DNA from: a virus
Taxonomy: Duplodnaviria; Caudoviricetes
DNA length: 64,000 nucleotides
Direction: 5' to 3' (one strand)
Virus record (IMG/VR): IMGVR_UViG_3300020434_000055
Shown here: positions 17,731 through 27,581 of the stretch, in pieces
How the letters are laid out: the number at the start of each line of letters is the position of its first letter
Numbering within the stretch: the stretch's first letter is position 1
Notes under the pieces: generated by a model
What the model saw: the letters and a program-made list of their open reading frames with translations, nothing else
What the model was told of the DNA's origin: nothing
The model's database searches: none
Program-made: the position numbers and the translations under genes

Positions 17731-20322
17731 ATGACAAAACAGATAATACAAGATGGTATAATACCTAATGACGGTCAAGGTGACAGTCTTAGAACAGGTG
17801 CACAGAAAATAAACACAAATTTTGATGAGTTATATACTGCACTAGGAAATGGTAGTGCTTTAACTTCTATTTCAGATAATTTATTTAATTCAACAGGTTC
17901 TAACAAGATTGCGTTTCACTTTGATACGCTAGGAGATTTACCAGATGCCACAACCTATCACGGAATGTTCGCCCATGTACATAGTGAAGGTACAGGTTAT
18001 ATGTCTCATGCAGGAGCCTGGGTTAAACTCGTAGATGCAAATAAATCTATTGATGCTTTAGCAGATGTTAATACAACTAACACTACACCAACAGATGGAC
18101 AAGCATTACTTTGGGATAACGCAAATAGTTATTGGAAACCAGGTGACGTACAAGCATCAGGTGGTGGAACTTTTGTTTCATTATCAGATAGTCCTTCTAC
18201 TTTTTCTGGAGCAAATAATAAATTTGTAACAGTTAATAGTGGAGCAAGTGCTATAGAATTTACAACTCCAGTTATTGATAAAATTGGAGATGTAGATACA
18301 ACTACAACACCTCCAACAGCTGGTCAAGTATTAAAATGGAATGGATCTAATTGGGTTCCGGCTCAAGATTCTACATCAGGTGGAAGTGGATCAGACGCTG
18401 ACACATTAGATGGTTTAGATAGTCCATATTTTTTAGATTATAATAATTTTACTAATAAACCAACATCTTTTGGTAAATCTTTTAACGTATCTGCCGCAAC
18501 ATATACAGCCGCGTCAGGTATAATGCAATTAACTATTGGAGCACACGATTTAGTAATTGGTGACAATATTAAAATTGCTCCATTAAGTTTAACATTTTCT
18601 TGCGACATGGATAATCATGCTACTAATACGCAATATCCAAGAGCAACTGGAAGTGCCGCACCTGGTGGAATGGATTATGTATATAATAAACCAGTTGCAA
18701 TTACGGGTGCAGATGCAACAACAATTACAATGAATGTTGGAACTGGAAATCTTAAATCTTTTACTCCAACAGCCGCAATATACACACCAGCAACAGGTGT
18801 AATGGAATTAACTATTGGTACACACAATTACATAGCTGGTAACAAAGTTAGTATTACTACAGAAAGTTTAACTTTCACTTGCGCCTTAGATGGTCATTCA
18901 TCACAAAAAGCATATCCAAGAGCAACAGGTTCAGCCGCTCCAGGTGGAGCTGACTATGCCTACGAAACACTACAAACTCTTACATCAGTAAGTGCAACAA
19001 CAATTACAATGAATGTTGGAATATCAAGTAATACATCTGCACATACATTTGTAAGTGCTTCTGCTGGTGCTATAACAAGTTCAAATATTCATACATTTAT
19101 AAGTGCTACTTCTAATTGTATAACATTTGCAAAAAGATTTACAGAGTTATCAGATGCTCCATCTAGTTTTAGTGGATATGGAGATTATTATCTTAAAGTA
19201 AACACTGGTGGAACAGCTTTAGAACTTGTAACAAAACCTGGCGGAGCAACTAATTTATCAGGACTTTCTGATATAACAACATTAGGAAATTATTACAATA
19301 CATCAAATGCAGTATATACACCTGCGACAGGAGTAATAGTATTAACTATTGGACAACACAATTTACAAGTTGGTCACAATGTAAAAATTGCTTCAAACAG
19401 TTTAACATTTACTTGTGCAATGGATAGTAATGCAACAGAACATACATATCCAAGAGGAAGTGGATCAGCATATGCAGGTGGAAAAGATCCTGCTTATACT
19501 TCAGCAAGTACAATTACGGCAATAACTGCAGATTCAATTACTGTAAATGTTGGAATATCAAGTAATACAACAACACACACATTTATAAGATCTACTGAAA
19601 ATAATATATCAGTAGTTGATCAATCTTACAGTACATCAAATGCAACATATACACCTAACACAGGACAATTGCAATTAACTATCGGAAACCATGCCATACA
19701 GGCTGGACATTCTGTTATGATTGCCGCAAATAGTTTAACATTTACCTGCGCCTTAGATAGTAATACTACACAATCAACTTATCCAAGAGCAACTGGATCA
19801 GCGGCACCAGGTGGAATGGACTATGCTTACGAAAGACCTGTATTAATTACAGCCGTAAGTGCGACAACAATTACAATGAATTGTGGTGTATCAAGTAATA
19901 CATCAGCACATACATTTGTAAGTGCTGTTGCAAATAATATAAAAGTTGCACCAACACAAGGTGATTCATTGTACTTCAATGGAGTATCATGGTTAAGAAG
20001 AAACGGACCAGTATCAAGATATGAAATAATAAATGACAGTAGCAATAACTTTACTTGGACAGGACCTGGTTTAACATCAGCAACTAATGATCCAGTAATG
20101 TATATGAACAGAGGTCATACATATTATTTGATTAATCAAGCAGGAAGTTCTCATCCTTTAGAAATAAGAACTAGTAATGGTGGTAGTGGATATACATCAG
20201 GAGTAACAGGTAGTCAATCAGGTACACAAATATTTGAAGTACCAATGGATGCACCTGCTACATTGTATTACCAATGCACAATTCATTCTGCAATGGGTAA
20301 CACAATTAACATATTGAGTTAA
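17731..20322 (+). CDS. Tail fibre with T4 gp9/gp10-like N-terminus, four YPRATG domains and cupredoxin-like C-terminus
   Basis: NDGQGDSLRTGAQKINTNFDELY baseplate-attachment motif; four repeat domains; HPL...YYQCTIHSAM. Confidence 0.75.
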   Translation: MTKQIIQDGIIPNDGQGDSLRTGAQKINTNFDELYTALGNGSALTSISDNLFNSTGSNKIAFHFDTLGDLPDATTYHGMFAHVHSEGTGYMSHAGAWVKLVDANKSIDALADVNTTNTTPTDGQALLWDNANSYWKPGDVQASGGGTFVSLSDSPSTFSGANNKFVTVNSGASAIEFTTPVIDKIGDVDTTTTPPTAGQVLKWNGSNWVPAQDSTSGGSGSDADTLDGLDSPYFLDYNNFTNKPTSFGKSFNVSAATYTAASGIMQLTIGAHDLVIGDNIKIAPLSLTFSCDMDNHATNTQYPRATGSAAPGGMDYVYNKPVAITGADATTITMNVGTGNLKSFTPTAAIYTPATGVMELTIGTHNYIAGNKVSITTESLTFTCALDGHSSQKAYPRATGSAAPGGADYAYETLQTLTSVSATTITMNVGISSNTSAHTFVSASAGAITSSNIHTFISATSNCITFAKRFTELSDAPSSFSGYGDYYLKVNTGGTALELVTKPGGATNLSGLSDITTLGNYYNTSNAVYTPATGVIVLTIGQHNLQVGHNVKIASNSLTFTCAMDSNATEHTYPRGSGSAYAGGKDPAYTSASTITAITADSITVNVGISSNTTTHTFIRSTENNISVVDQSYSTSNATYTPNTGQLQLTIGNHAIQAGHSVMIAANSLTFTCALDSNTTQSTYPRATGSAAPGGMDYAYERPVLITAVSATTITMNCGVSSNTSAHTFVSAVANNIKVAPTQGDSLYFNGVSWLRRNGPVSRYEIINDSSNNFTWTGPGLTSATNDPVMYMNRGHTYYLINQAGSSHPLEIRTSNGGSGYTSGVTGSQSGTQIFEVPMDAPATLYYQCTIHSAMGNTINILS
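18481..19125 (+). repeat. YPRATG domain pair, one copy nested inside the other
   Basis: TATCCAAGAGCAAC cores at 18634 and 18913; order A1-B1-[A2-B2-C2]-C1. Confidence 0.85.
19291..19950 (+). repeat. YPRATG domain pair, tandem
   Basis: Cores at 19447 and 19780; each copy complete. Confidence 0.85.
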
Positions 20323-20328
20323 TAATTT

Positions 20329-20676
20329 ATGAGTGGTGAATTAGATATAGAACAAATAACAGAGACACTTGGTAACTCTAGATATTTTTATGGACTTAGA
20401 CGTACTAGTGAAGGTGAATTGTTTATTTCAAAAGTAGATTTACTAGAATTAAAAGATGGTGTACAAGTTAATAGACCTGGTGCAGTGTCAGATAATTTTA
20501 ATGATTTTTCTAGAGGCGTAGATTTTTTTGATGGAAGAGATGGACAACATAGAAAAAATTATAAAAATTTAGTTTATGAACAATATAAATGGGATGGCAG
20601 AAATATTTTTTATTATGTTAATACTGAAGGTGAATTAGTTTTAAGAATTAACGAACAATATACATACGAAGCATAA
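20329..20676 (+). CDS. Conserved phage protein preceding a fibre gene (paralogue of 17252)
   Basis: RYFYGLRRTSEGELFISKVD motif. Confidence 0.6.
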   Translation: MSGELDIEQITETLGNSRYFYGLRRTSEGELFISKVDLLELKDGVQVNRPGAVSDNFNDFSRGVDFFDGRDGQHRKNYKNLVYEQYKWDGRNIFYYVNTEGELVLRINEQYTYEA

Positions 20677-20711
20677 AATGGAGAAAATAAATACTTTAGG
20701 GATATAATTCG

Positions 20712-23700
20712 ATGGCAGATTTCAAAATAGATAGGATACGATTTAGATGGAGAGGTGACTGGGTAGCAGGTACTTCTTACATTAAAGATGATATCGTTAG
20801 ATATGGTGCAAAAATATTTGTCTCTATCGAAATGCATACAGCAGATGCTAACTTTTATAATGATTTAGATAATATAGTTCCAAGATGGTCACAAATGATG
20901 GATGGTCAAAGTTGGACTGGTAATTGGAAAACAAGTAATTTTTATAAAGTAGGTGAAGTAGCAAAAGTTGGAGCGGCAGTTTATAAATGTATAGAAGGTC
21001 ACTTATCAAATGCAAGTGAAGCCAATGGATTATTAGGTGATGAAAATAAATGGGTTTACTTTGCAAGAGGTGAAAAATGGACATCTTTATGGCAACCTAA
21101 TACACTTTATAACGTTGGTGAAACAATTGTTTATGGTGGATCAGTTTGGAAATGTATAACATCACATACTTCTTCAACTACAGCCGCAGGTATAGAATAT
21201 CATCAAGCCAATTGGGTTCAATATCATAGATCAGATTTTTACAGAGGTTATTGGGCACCAAATATAAGATATTATCCAGATGATATAGTAAGAAATGGTG
21301 GAGTAATTTACAGAGCTGTAACAGGACATACAAGTGCCGCAGTAGATTATTGGAACGATTTAGATAGTACAGATTATACAACAAATTCATCAAGTGGTTC
21401 TGGTGCAGTTATAAATGTTTTCAGAGTTGGCACAACTTATTATGTAAAATTTACAAATGCAGGAGTAAACTTTGCGGCGGCAGAAACTATTTCTATAGTA
21501 GGTAGTAAAATTGGTGGAGCCGATGGTACAAATGATTTATCAATCACTATTAATACAGTAAACAGTGGAGCAATAGCAACGACATCTGCAAATGGTACTG
21601 CTGTTTCAGGTAGTGCAGGTTTAGAAGCCGATCAAGCAAAATGGGAAATAGTTCTTGATGGTATTGAATATGAAGATGATTGGGCATACGGAAAAAAATA
21701 TAATAAAGGTGCTCTTGTATCTTGGAGTCCGGGAATTTGGCAAGTAACTACTAGTCACTGGTCAATAACGGATTACATGAATGAAGCTAATTTTTCATTA
21801 TGGGTTCCAGGTGCAGAATACGAAGGAACTTACTCTACTACACAATATTATCAAAAAGGTGACGTTGTACATTATGGTGGTTATAGTTATGTTGCTTTAG
21901 TAAGCAATACAAATATTATTCCAGGGGTTACAGATAGTACAAATACTTGGGAATTAATTCAAACAGGTTATAATTTTAGAAGCGAATGGAATAGTTCAAC
22001 TGCATATAAAACAGGAGATGTAGTTAGAGCAGGTGGTAACTTATTCATAGCAGTACAAGATAGTACTGGAGCAGATCCTGATACAACTTTTATCTATGAT
22101 CCAGGTAGTGATGCTCCTGATCCTTGGCAATTATTAGTAACTGGTAAAGCATTTAAAGGTTCTTGGAAAGAAAGTGATTCCAACGGAGCAATTACTTACT
22201 TTGTAGGTGATGTAGTTACAGTAGCAGGAACAGTATACGCTTGTATTAAAACACATGAGTCATCATCATCTGATTCTAAACCAACTTTAGATGAAGAAAG
22301 TGAAAATGTCGGTCCTTATTGGGTAATGATAGCCAAAGGTAATGAACCAGGCGCTTTAGTACTTGAACAAATAGGTGACGTAAAAAGTTTTGATACAGAA
22401 AAAACAAGAATAGGTTTAGGAACAGTAGGACAATTATTTAAAGGCAATGCAACTGGTGATTATCCAATATGGGGTGATCATGATGTAATAAAAAATGTAT
22501 TTTTTGTTTCACCTTATGGAACAGACACTCCTACTAGTGGTAAAAGTGTTGCAGGACCTTTTAAAACAATCAAATATGCTTGTGATTTTGTAGCGGCAGA
22601 TTTAGCCGAACGAACACCATGTACTATAGCAATTAAAACTGGTGTATATGAAGAAATATTACCTATTACGGTCCCAAGAGATACACACATTTGGGGAGAT
22701 TTTACAAGACGTGGTGTGAACGTTAGACCTAAAGCAGGTTATACAACAACAGATATGTGGCGTGTAAACAATGCCTGTGGTATTGCAAATATGACAATGC
22801 AAGGAAAAACAGGTGGATTAACTGCCGCAAATGAATATGGAACAAAAAGAACAACAGGTGGAGCATATGTAACTTTAGATCCAGGTAGTGGACCTGCAGA
22901 TACAAGTGTTCATATTTTAACAAAATCACCTTACATTAAAAACTGTTCAATATTTGGAACAGGATGTACTGGATTAAAAGTAGACGGAGACTTACACGAT
23001 GGTGGTCTCAAATCTTTTGTTGCTAATGATACTACACACTTTATTGAAAATGGAATTGGCGCTCATGTTAATGGAGATGCTAGAGTAGAATTTGTTTCAG
23101 TATTTGCCTATTACGCCCACATAGGATATTTGGCAACAGGCGGTGGAAAATTTAGAGCAACAAATGGAAATTCATCTTATGGTGATTTTGGTTGTGTTGC
23201 AGAAGGACAGTTAGCGGCAGAAACTCCAACAACTGGAAAAATTAATAACCAATCACAAGAAGCACAGGTAGATGCAGTTTATAATGATGAAAATGAAATA
23301 TTTGCTTTTGCATATGATCACGCAGGACAAAATTATTCATCAGCAACAATTAATATTTTCGGTTCAGGAGAAGGAGCCGCGGCAACATTAGGTTACGATC
23401 AAATTAGAAATGGTGGAGTAGGTAAAGTAAGAATTAAAGGATTAGGTGATTCATCTACAGCTGGTGGTTCAAATTATACTAGTGAAATAGCACCTTCACA
23501 AGGTGGTGATGCAACATCAATTAAATTAGCACAACAATACGAAGGTACGCCAGCCGAAACTGTAGGACAAAGAATTTATATATGGGAAGGTACAGGTAGA
23601 GGTCAGTATGGATATGTTCATACTTACGACTCAGGTACAAAAGTTGCAACTATTAAAAGAGAATTTGATGATACAGATGGTTGGCAACACGTGATGGGTG

Positions 23701-26700
23701 GTTTCCCTATTGAAACTTTACTTAATGCATCTACAAAATATTCTATAGAACCTAGAATTACATTTACAGATGGACCTTATAATAAATCTACTCCTTCTTT
23801 TGGAACTACAGGAGAAATGTTAGTATCTGCATCAGGAAGAGTTGGAGCATCTGATGTTACAGTATTACTTGGTAATGGTAAAGGAAATAGAACAACAGAT
23901 GGTTCAAACTGGACTGCTGTTAGTGGAGTTCCTTTAGCTGACTGGATCGGAATGACTAGAACAGAAAATTATTTTATAGCAGTAGCACAAGATGGAACAA
24001 CTGCTAGATCCGCCGACGGTGCAACATGGACTAATATCACAACAAGTCAATATAGTACAACAGGAGGAACATATACACCATCTACAGGAGAATTAGTATT
24101 AGAAATTGGAGCACATGAAGTAGGTCAGACTTATAGTACAACAAGTGCAACATATACACCAGCAACAGGTGTAATGGAATTAGGTATAGAAAAACATACT
24201 CCTGGAGCACAATTTACTCCATCAGCCGCAACATACACTCCGGCAACAGGAGTATTAGAATTAACTATAGGATCACATAGTTTAGTAGCAGGTAATAAAG
24301 TTAAAATTGCTCCAAATAGTTTAACATTTACTTGCGCCTTAGACAGTCACGCTACTGAAAAAACATATCCAAGAGCAACTGGAAGTGCCGCACCAGGCGG
24401 AGTAGATTATTTCTACGAAAAAGCAATAACTCTTACGTCAGTAGGTGCAACAACAATTACAATGAACGTTGGTGATACTAGTATATCAGGCAATAACTCA
24501 ACACACACATTTGTAAGTGCTACTTCTAATTCTGTAACAGAACAAGTTATTGGAGCACACAATTTACATATTGGTAATGAAGTTAAGATTGCACCAACAA
24601 GTTTATCTTTTACTTGTTCTTTTGATGATCATACTGCTCAAACAGCCTATCCAAGAGCAACTGGATCTGACGCACCGGGTGGTTACGATTATTATTATTA
24701 TAGCCCAGTAGAAATTACAGCCACAACAGCATCAACAATTACAATGAATGTTGGTAAAGGAAATATTAAAAATTATACTGTAACAGACGCGGCTTATACA
24801 CCAGCAACAGGAGTAGTAATATTAACTATTGGTGATCATAATTTAGTAGCTGGTAATCATATTGACATTGCTCCATTAAGTTTAACATTTACTTGTGCCC
24901 AAGATAGTCATGCAACAGAACATAGCTATCCAAGAGCAACAGGTTCAGCCGCTCCAGGTGGTTATGATTATTTTTATAATAAACAAATAGAAATTATTTC
25001 AGCAGGTGCAACAACAATTACTGTAAATGTTGGAATATCAAGTAATACAACAGCACATACATTTATAAGTGCTCTTGCTGACGGTGTATCAAATTCAAAT
25101 ACACATACATTTGTAACTGCTCTTGCAAATAATATAACATTAGCAGGTCAATTTGTTATGATTGCTCCAAACAGTTTAGGTTTTACTTGTTCTTTTGATA
25201 ATAATGTATCAACTCATACATATCCAAGAGCAACAGGATCAGCGGCGCCAGGTGGAATGGATTATTTTTACGATACACCAGTTGAAATTCAAAGCAGAAC
25301 AGCAACAACAATTACAATGAATGTTGGAAAAGGAAATATTAAAAGTTACACTCCAACAGCCGCAGTATATACACCTGCATCAGGAGTAATGGTATTAACC
25401 ATTGGAGCACATAGTTTAATAGCTGGTAATTATGTTGATATTGCTACAGACAGTTTAACATTTACTTGCGATCAAGATAGTCATGGTAGTAATCATACAT
25501 ATCCAAGAGCAACTGGAAGTGCCGCACCTGGTGGTTATGATTATTATTACGAAAAACCAATAAGAGTTGAGTCAGTAGGTGCAACAACAATTACTCTAAA
25601 TGTTGGTATATCAAGTAATACAACAGATCACTTATTTGTAAGTGCGACTGCTGATTGTGTAACAAATTCAAATGCACACACATATGTAAGTGCTACTGCG
25701 AATAATGTATCTTATTATTCTGTTCCTGTTGATGTAATGTCAGGTATTGCATATCGTAATGGAACTGTAATAATTGCATCAGAAACAGGAATGGTTTATA
25801 AATCAACTGATGACGGTTCTAGTTTCTCAGCTGATCAATTAGAAGTTTATGATGGTTCAACATCGATATTCACATATATTGCCGCTGGAAATGGATTATG
25901 GATAGCAGGTAATGGAACTGGAAAAACTTATGAAAGTCAAGATGAAGGAACAACTTGGTCATTAGGTTCTAATATTGGAGACAAATTAATGGATATTAAC
26001 GGTGTTCTTAAATCTGTTCACAGATATGATGTAACATCATTAATATTTGGTGGTGGTAAATTTGTAGCAACAGTAATAGACGCTCCAGGAGATGAAAGTA
26101 CAGTTATTAGTAAATTTATGATATCAAATGCTACAGGACAAGTTGGAGCTTCTGAACAAACAGCTACAAGATGGACAGAAAGTGAAACACCTCCACACGC
26201 AGGACCTTACATTGGAGTTGCATATACTGAAGGTACATATGTTGCAATATCGGCCGGTGGAGATCTTGCTTACAGTTATGACGCTTGGTCTTGGAAAATA
26301 TTAGATTCTGCATTAACAGGAACGTTTTCAAGTATAGGTAGTGGTAAAGCTGGCGGTGGACATTTTGTTCCTTTACAAACTGGTAGTACCGGTACAACAT
26401 ATTTGTTAAGAAAAGGTTCAAGACCTTTAGCAAGAGCAATTACAAGTTCTCAAGTAATTACAAAATTACAAATTTTATCTCCAGGTAGTGGATATTCAAC
26501 TGCACCAGCAGTTACAATAACTGACAATAAAGCTACAACTGATGCAAGTCTTGAAGCAAGAATATTTGATGGAGTATTAGGTCAACCAGAATTTTCAAAT
26601 AGAGGTTCAGGATTTATGAATGTATCTGCAACATTAACAGGAGATGGTTTTGCAGATGAATATCAAATTGGTCCTTATCTTCAAGTAAAAGATATGAACG

Positions 26701-27533
26701 GAAAACCAGGACCAGGTGCAATTTTATATATAAATGGACTTGAAGATCAAGTTTATAGAATAACTCAGGTTAATAATGTAACAGGAAATTCTCCTAACAT
26801 TGCCGCTCAGTTTAGAATAACACCTAGACTAAATGCAAATGAATCTCCTGATCATGAAACAACAATAGAAATAAGAGAAAGATACAGTCAAGTTAGAATA
26901 ACTGGTCATGATTTCTTAGATATTGGAACAGGTAATAAATCTACAACTAATTATCCAGGTTTATACACTAGTGGTTATACACCAGGTTATGAACGTAAAC
27001 AACAAAATGAAACTGTATCAAATGGAGGAGGTAGAGTATTTTATACTTCTACTGACCAAGATGGAAATTATAGAGTTGGAGAATTATTTGAAGTAGAACA
27101 ATCTACAGGAATAGTAACATTAAACGCAGATTTATTTGACTTATCAGGTTTAACAGAAATTACCTTAGGTGCAGGTGGAGTTGGTGGTACTGATGTTAAA
27201 ATTAATGAATTTAGTACAGATCCAACGTTGAAGAAAAATTCAAATAGTGTGATACCTACACAAAAAGCAATTGCTACATTCGTTGGCTCTAGAGTTTCTG
27301 GAGGAGGTGCAAATCTTATTACTAATGAAGTTAGAGCAGGACAAATAAAATTTGCTAATGATCAAATATTTAATGAAGCATTTCCGGCGGCTGGACAAGT
27401 TGTATTTGCCGCTACAGTAAATATTTCAAATGTTTCTGGGCCTATGTTAGCACAATCATACTTTTTTGGCTCTAATGTTAGAGATAGCTGGGATGAAGGT
27501 GGAGTAGAACGGGACACATTGTATGGAAATTAA
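20712..27533 (+). CDS. Giant tail fibre/spike: CBM5/12-like W-Y repeats, beta-helix, BNR/Asp-box propeller, five nested YPRATG domains
   Basis: W...T.Y..GD.V..GG..Y.C...HTS repeats; Asp-boxes (SADGATW, STDDGSSF, SQDEGTTW); paralogue of 27582. Confidence 0.75.
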   Translation: MADFKIDRIRFRWRGDWVAGTSYIKDDIVRYGAKIFVSIEMHTADANFYNDLDNIVPRWSQMMDGQSWTGNWKTSNFYKVGEVAKVGAAVYKCIEGHLSNASEANGLLGDENKWVYFARGEKWTSLWQPNTLYNVGETIVYGGSVWKCITSHTSSTTAAGIEYHQANWVQYHRSDFYRGYWAPNIRYYPDDIVRNGGVIYRAVTGHTSAAVDYWNDLDSTDYTTNSSSGSGAVINVFRVGTTYYVKFTNAGVNFAAAETISIVGSKIGGADGTNDLSITINTVNSGAIATTSANGTAVSGSAGLEADQAKWEIVLDGIEYEDDWAYGKKYNKGALVSWSPGIWQVTTSHWSITDYMNEANFSLWVPGAEYEGTYSTTQYYQKGDVVHYGGYSYVALVSNTNIIPGVTDSTNTWELIQTGYNFRSEWNSSTAYKTGDVVRAGGNLFIAVQDSTGADPDTTFIYDPGSDAPDPWQLLVTGKAFKGSWKESDSNGAITYFVGDVVTVAGTVYACIKTHESSSSDSKPTLDEESENVGPYWVMIAKGNEPGALVLEQIGDVKSFDTEKTRIGLGTVGQLFKGNATGDYPIWGDHDVIKNVFFVSPYGTDTPTSGKSVAGPFKTIKYACDFVAADLAERTPCTIAIKTGVYEEILPITVPRDTHIWGDFTRRGVNVRPKAGYTTTDMWRVNNACGIANMTMQGKTGGLTAANEYGTKRTTGGAYVTLDPGSGPADTSVHILTKSPYIKNCSIFGTGCTGLKVDGDLHDGGLKSFVANDTTHFIENGIGAHVNGDARVEFVSVFAYYAHIGYLATGGGKFRATNGNSSYGDFGCVAEGQLAAETPTTGKINNQSQEAQVDAVYNDENEIFAFAYDHAGQNYSSATINIFGSGEGAAATLGYDQIRNGGVGKVRIKGLGDSSTAGGSNYTSEIAPSQGGDATSIKLAQQYEGTPAETVGQRIYIWEGTGRGQYGYVHTYDSGTKVATIKREFDDTDGWQHVMGGFPIETLLNASTKYSIEPRITFTDGPYNKSTPSFGTTGEMLVSASGRVGASDVTVLLGNGKGNRTTDGSNWTAVSGVPLADWIGMTRTENYFIAVAQDGTTARSADGATWTNITTSQYSTTGGTYTPSTGELVLEIGAHEVGQTYSTTSATYTPATGVMELGIEKHTPGAQFTPSAATYTPATGVLELTIGSHSLVAGNKVKIAPNSLTFTCALDSHATEKTYPRATGSAAPGGVDYFYEKAITLTSVGATTITMNVGDTSISGNNSTHTFVSATSNSVTEQVIGAHNLHIGNEVKIAPTSLSFTCSFDDHTAQTAYPRATGSDAPGGYDYYYYSPVEITATTASTITMNVGKGNIKNYTVTDAAYTPATGVVILTIGDHNLVAGNHIDIAPLSLTFTCAQDSHATEHSYPRATGSAAPGGYDYFYNKQIEIISAGATTITVNVGISSNTTAHTFISALADGVSNSNTHTFVTALANNITLAGQFVMIAPNSLGFTCSFDNNVSTHTYPRATGSAAPGGMDYFYDTPVEIQSRTATTITMNVGKGNIKSYTPTAAVYTPASGVMVLTIGAHSLIAGNYVDIATDSLTFTCDQDSHGSNHTYPRATGSAAPGGYDYYYEKPIRVESVGATTITLNVGISSNTTDHLFVSATADCVTNSNAHTYVSATANNVSYYSVPVDVMSGIAYRNGTVIIASETGMVYKSTDDGSSFSADQLEVYDGSTSIFTYIAAGNGLWIAGNGTGKTYESQDEGTTWSLGSNIGDKLMDINGVLKSVHRYDVTSLIFGGGKFVATVIDAPGDESTVISKFMISNATGQVGASEQTATRWTESETPPHAGPYIGVAYTEGTYVAISAGGDLAYSYDAWSWKILDSALTGTFSSIGSGKAGGGHFVPLQTGSTGTTYLLRKGSRPLARAITSSQVITKLQILSPGSGYSTAPAVTITDNKATTDASLEARIFDGVLGQPEFSNRGSGFMNVSATLTGDGFADEYQIGPYLQVKDMNGKPGPGAILYINGLEDQVYRITQVNNVTGNSPNIAAQFRITPRLNANESPDHETTIEIRERYSQVRITGHDFLDIGTGNKSTTNYPGLYTSGYTPGYERKQQNETVSNGGGRVFYTSTDQDGNYRVGELFEVEQSTGIVTLNADLFDLSGLTEITLGAGGVGGTDVKINEFSTDPTLKKNSNSVIPTQKAIATFVGSRVSGGGANLITNEVRAGQIKFANDQIFNEAFPAAGQVVFAATVNISNVSGPMLAQSYFFGSNVRDSWDEGGVERDTLYGN
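24051..25712 (+). repeat. Five YPRATG domains, nested
   Basis: Cores at 24366, 24648, 24927, 25221 and 25500. Confidence 0.85.
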
Positions 27534-27581
27534 AGATTTAACGGTAATGATAAATAATATACAACAAAGGATTATATAAAA

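Noticed and set aside
24051-25712. Roughly 280-bp periodic repeats as a CRISPR array
   Set aside because: Units are protein-coding and degenerate, with no constant short repeat plus unique spacers and no cas genes.
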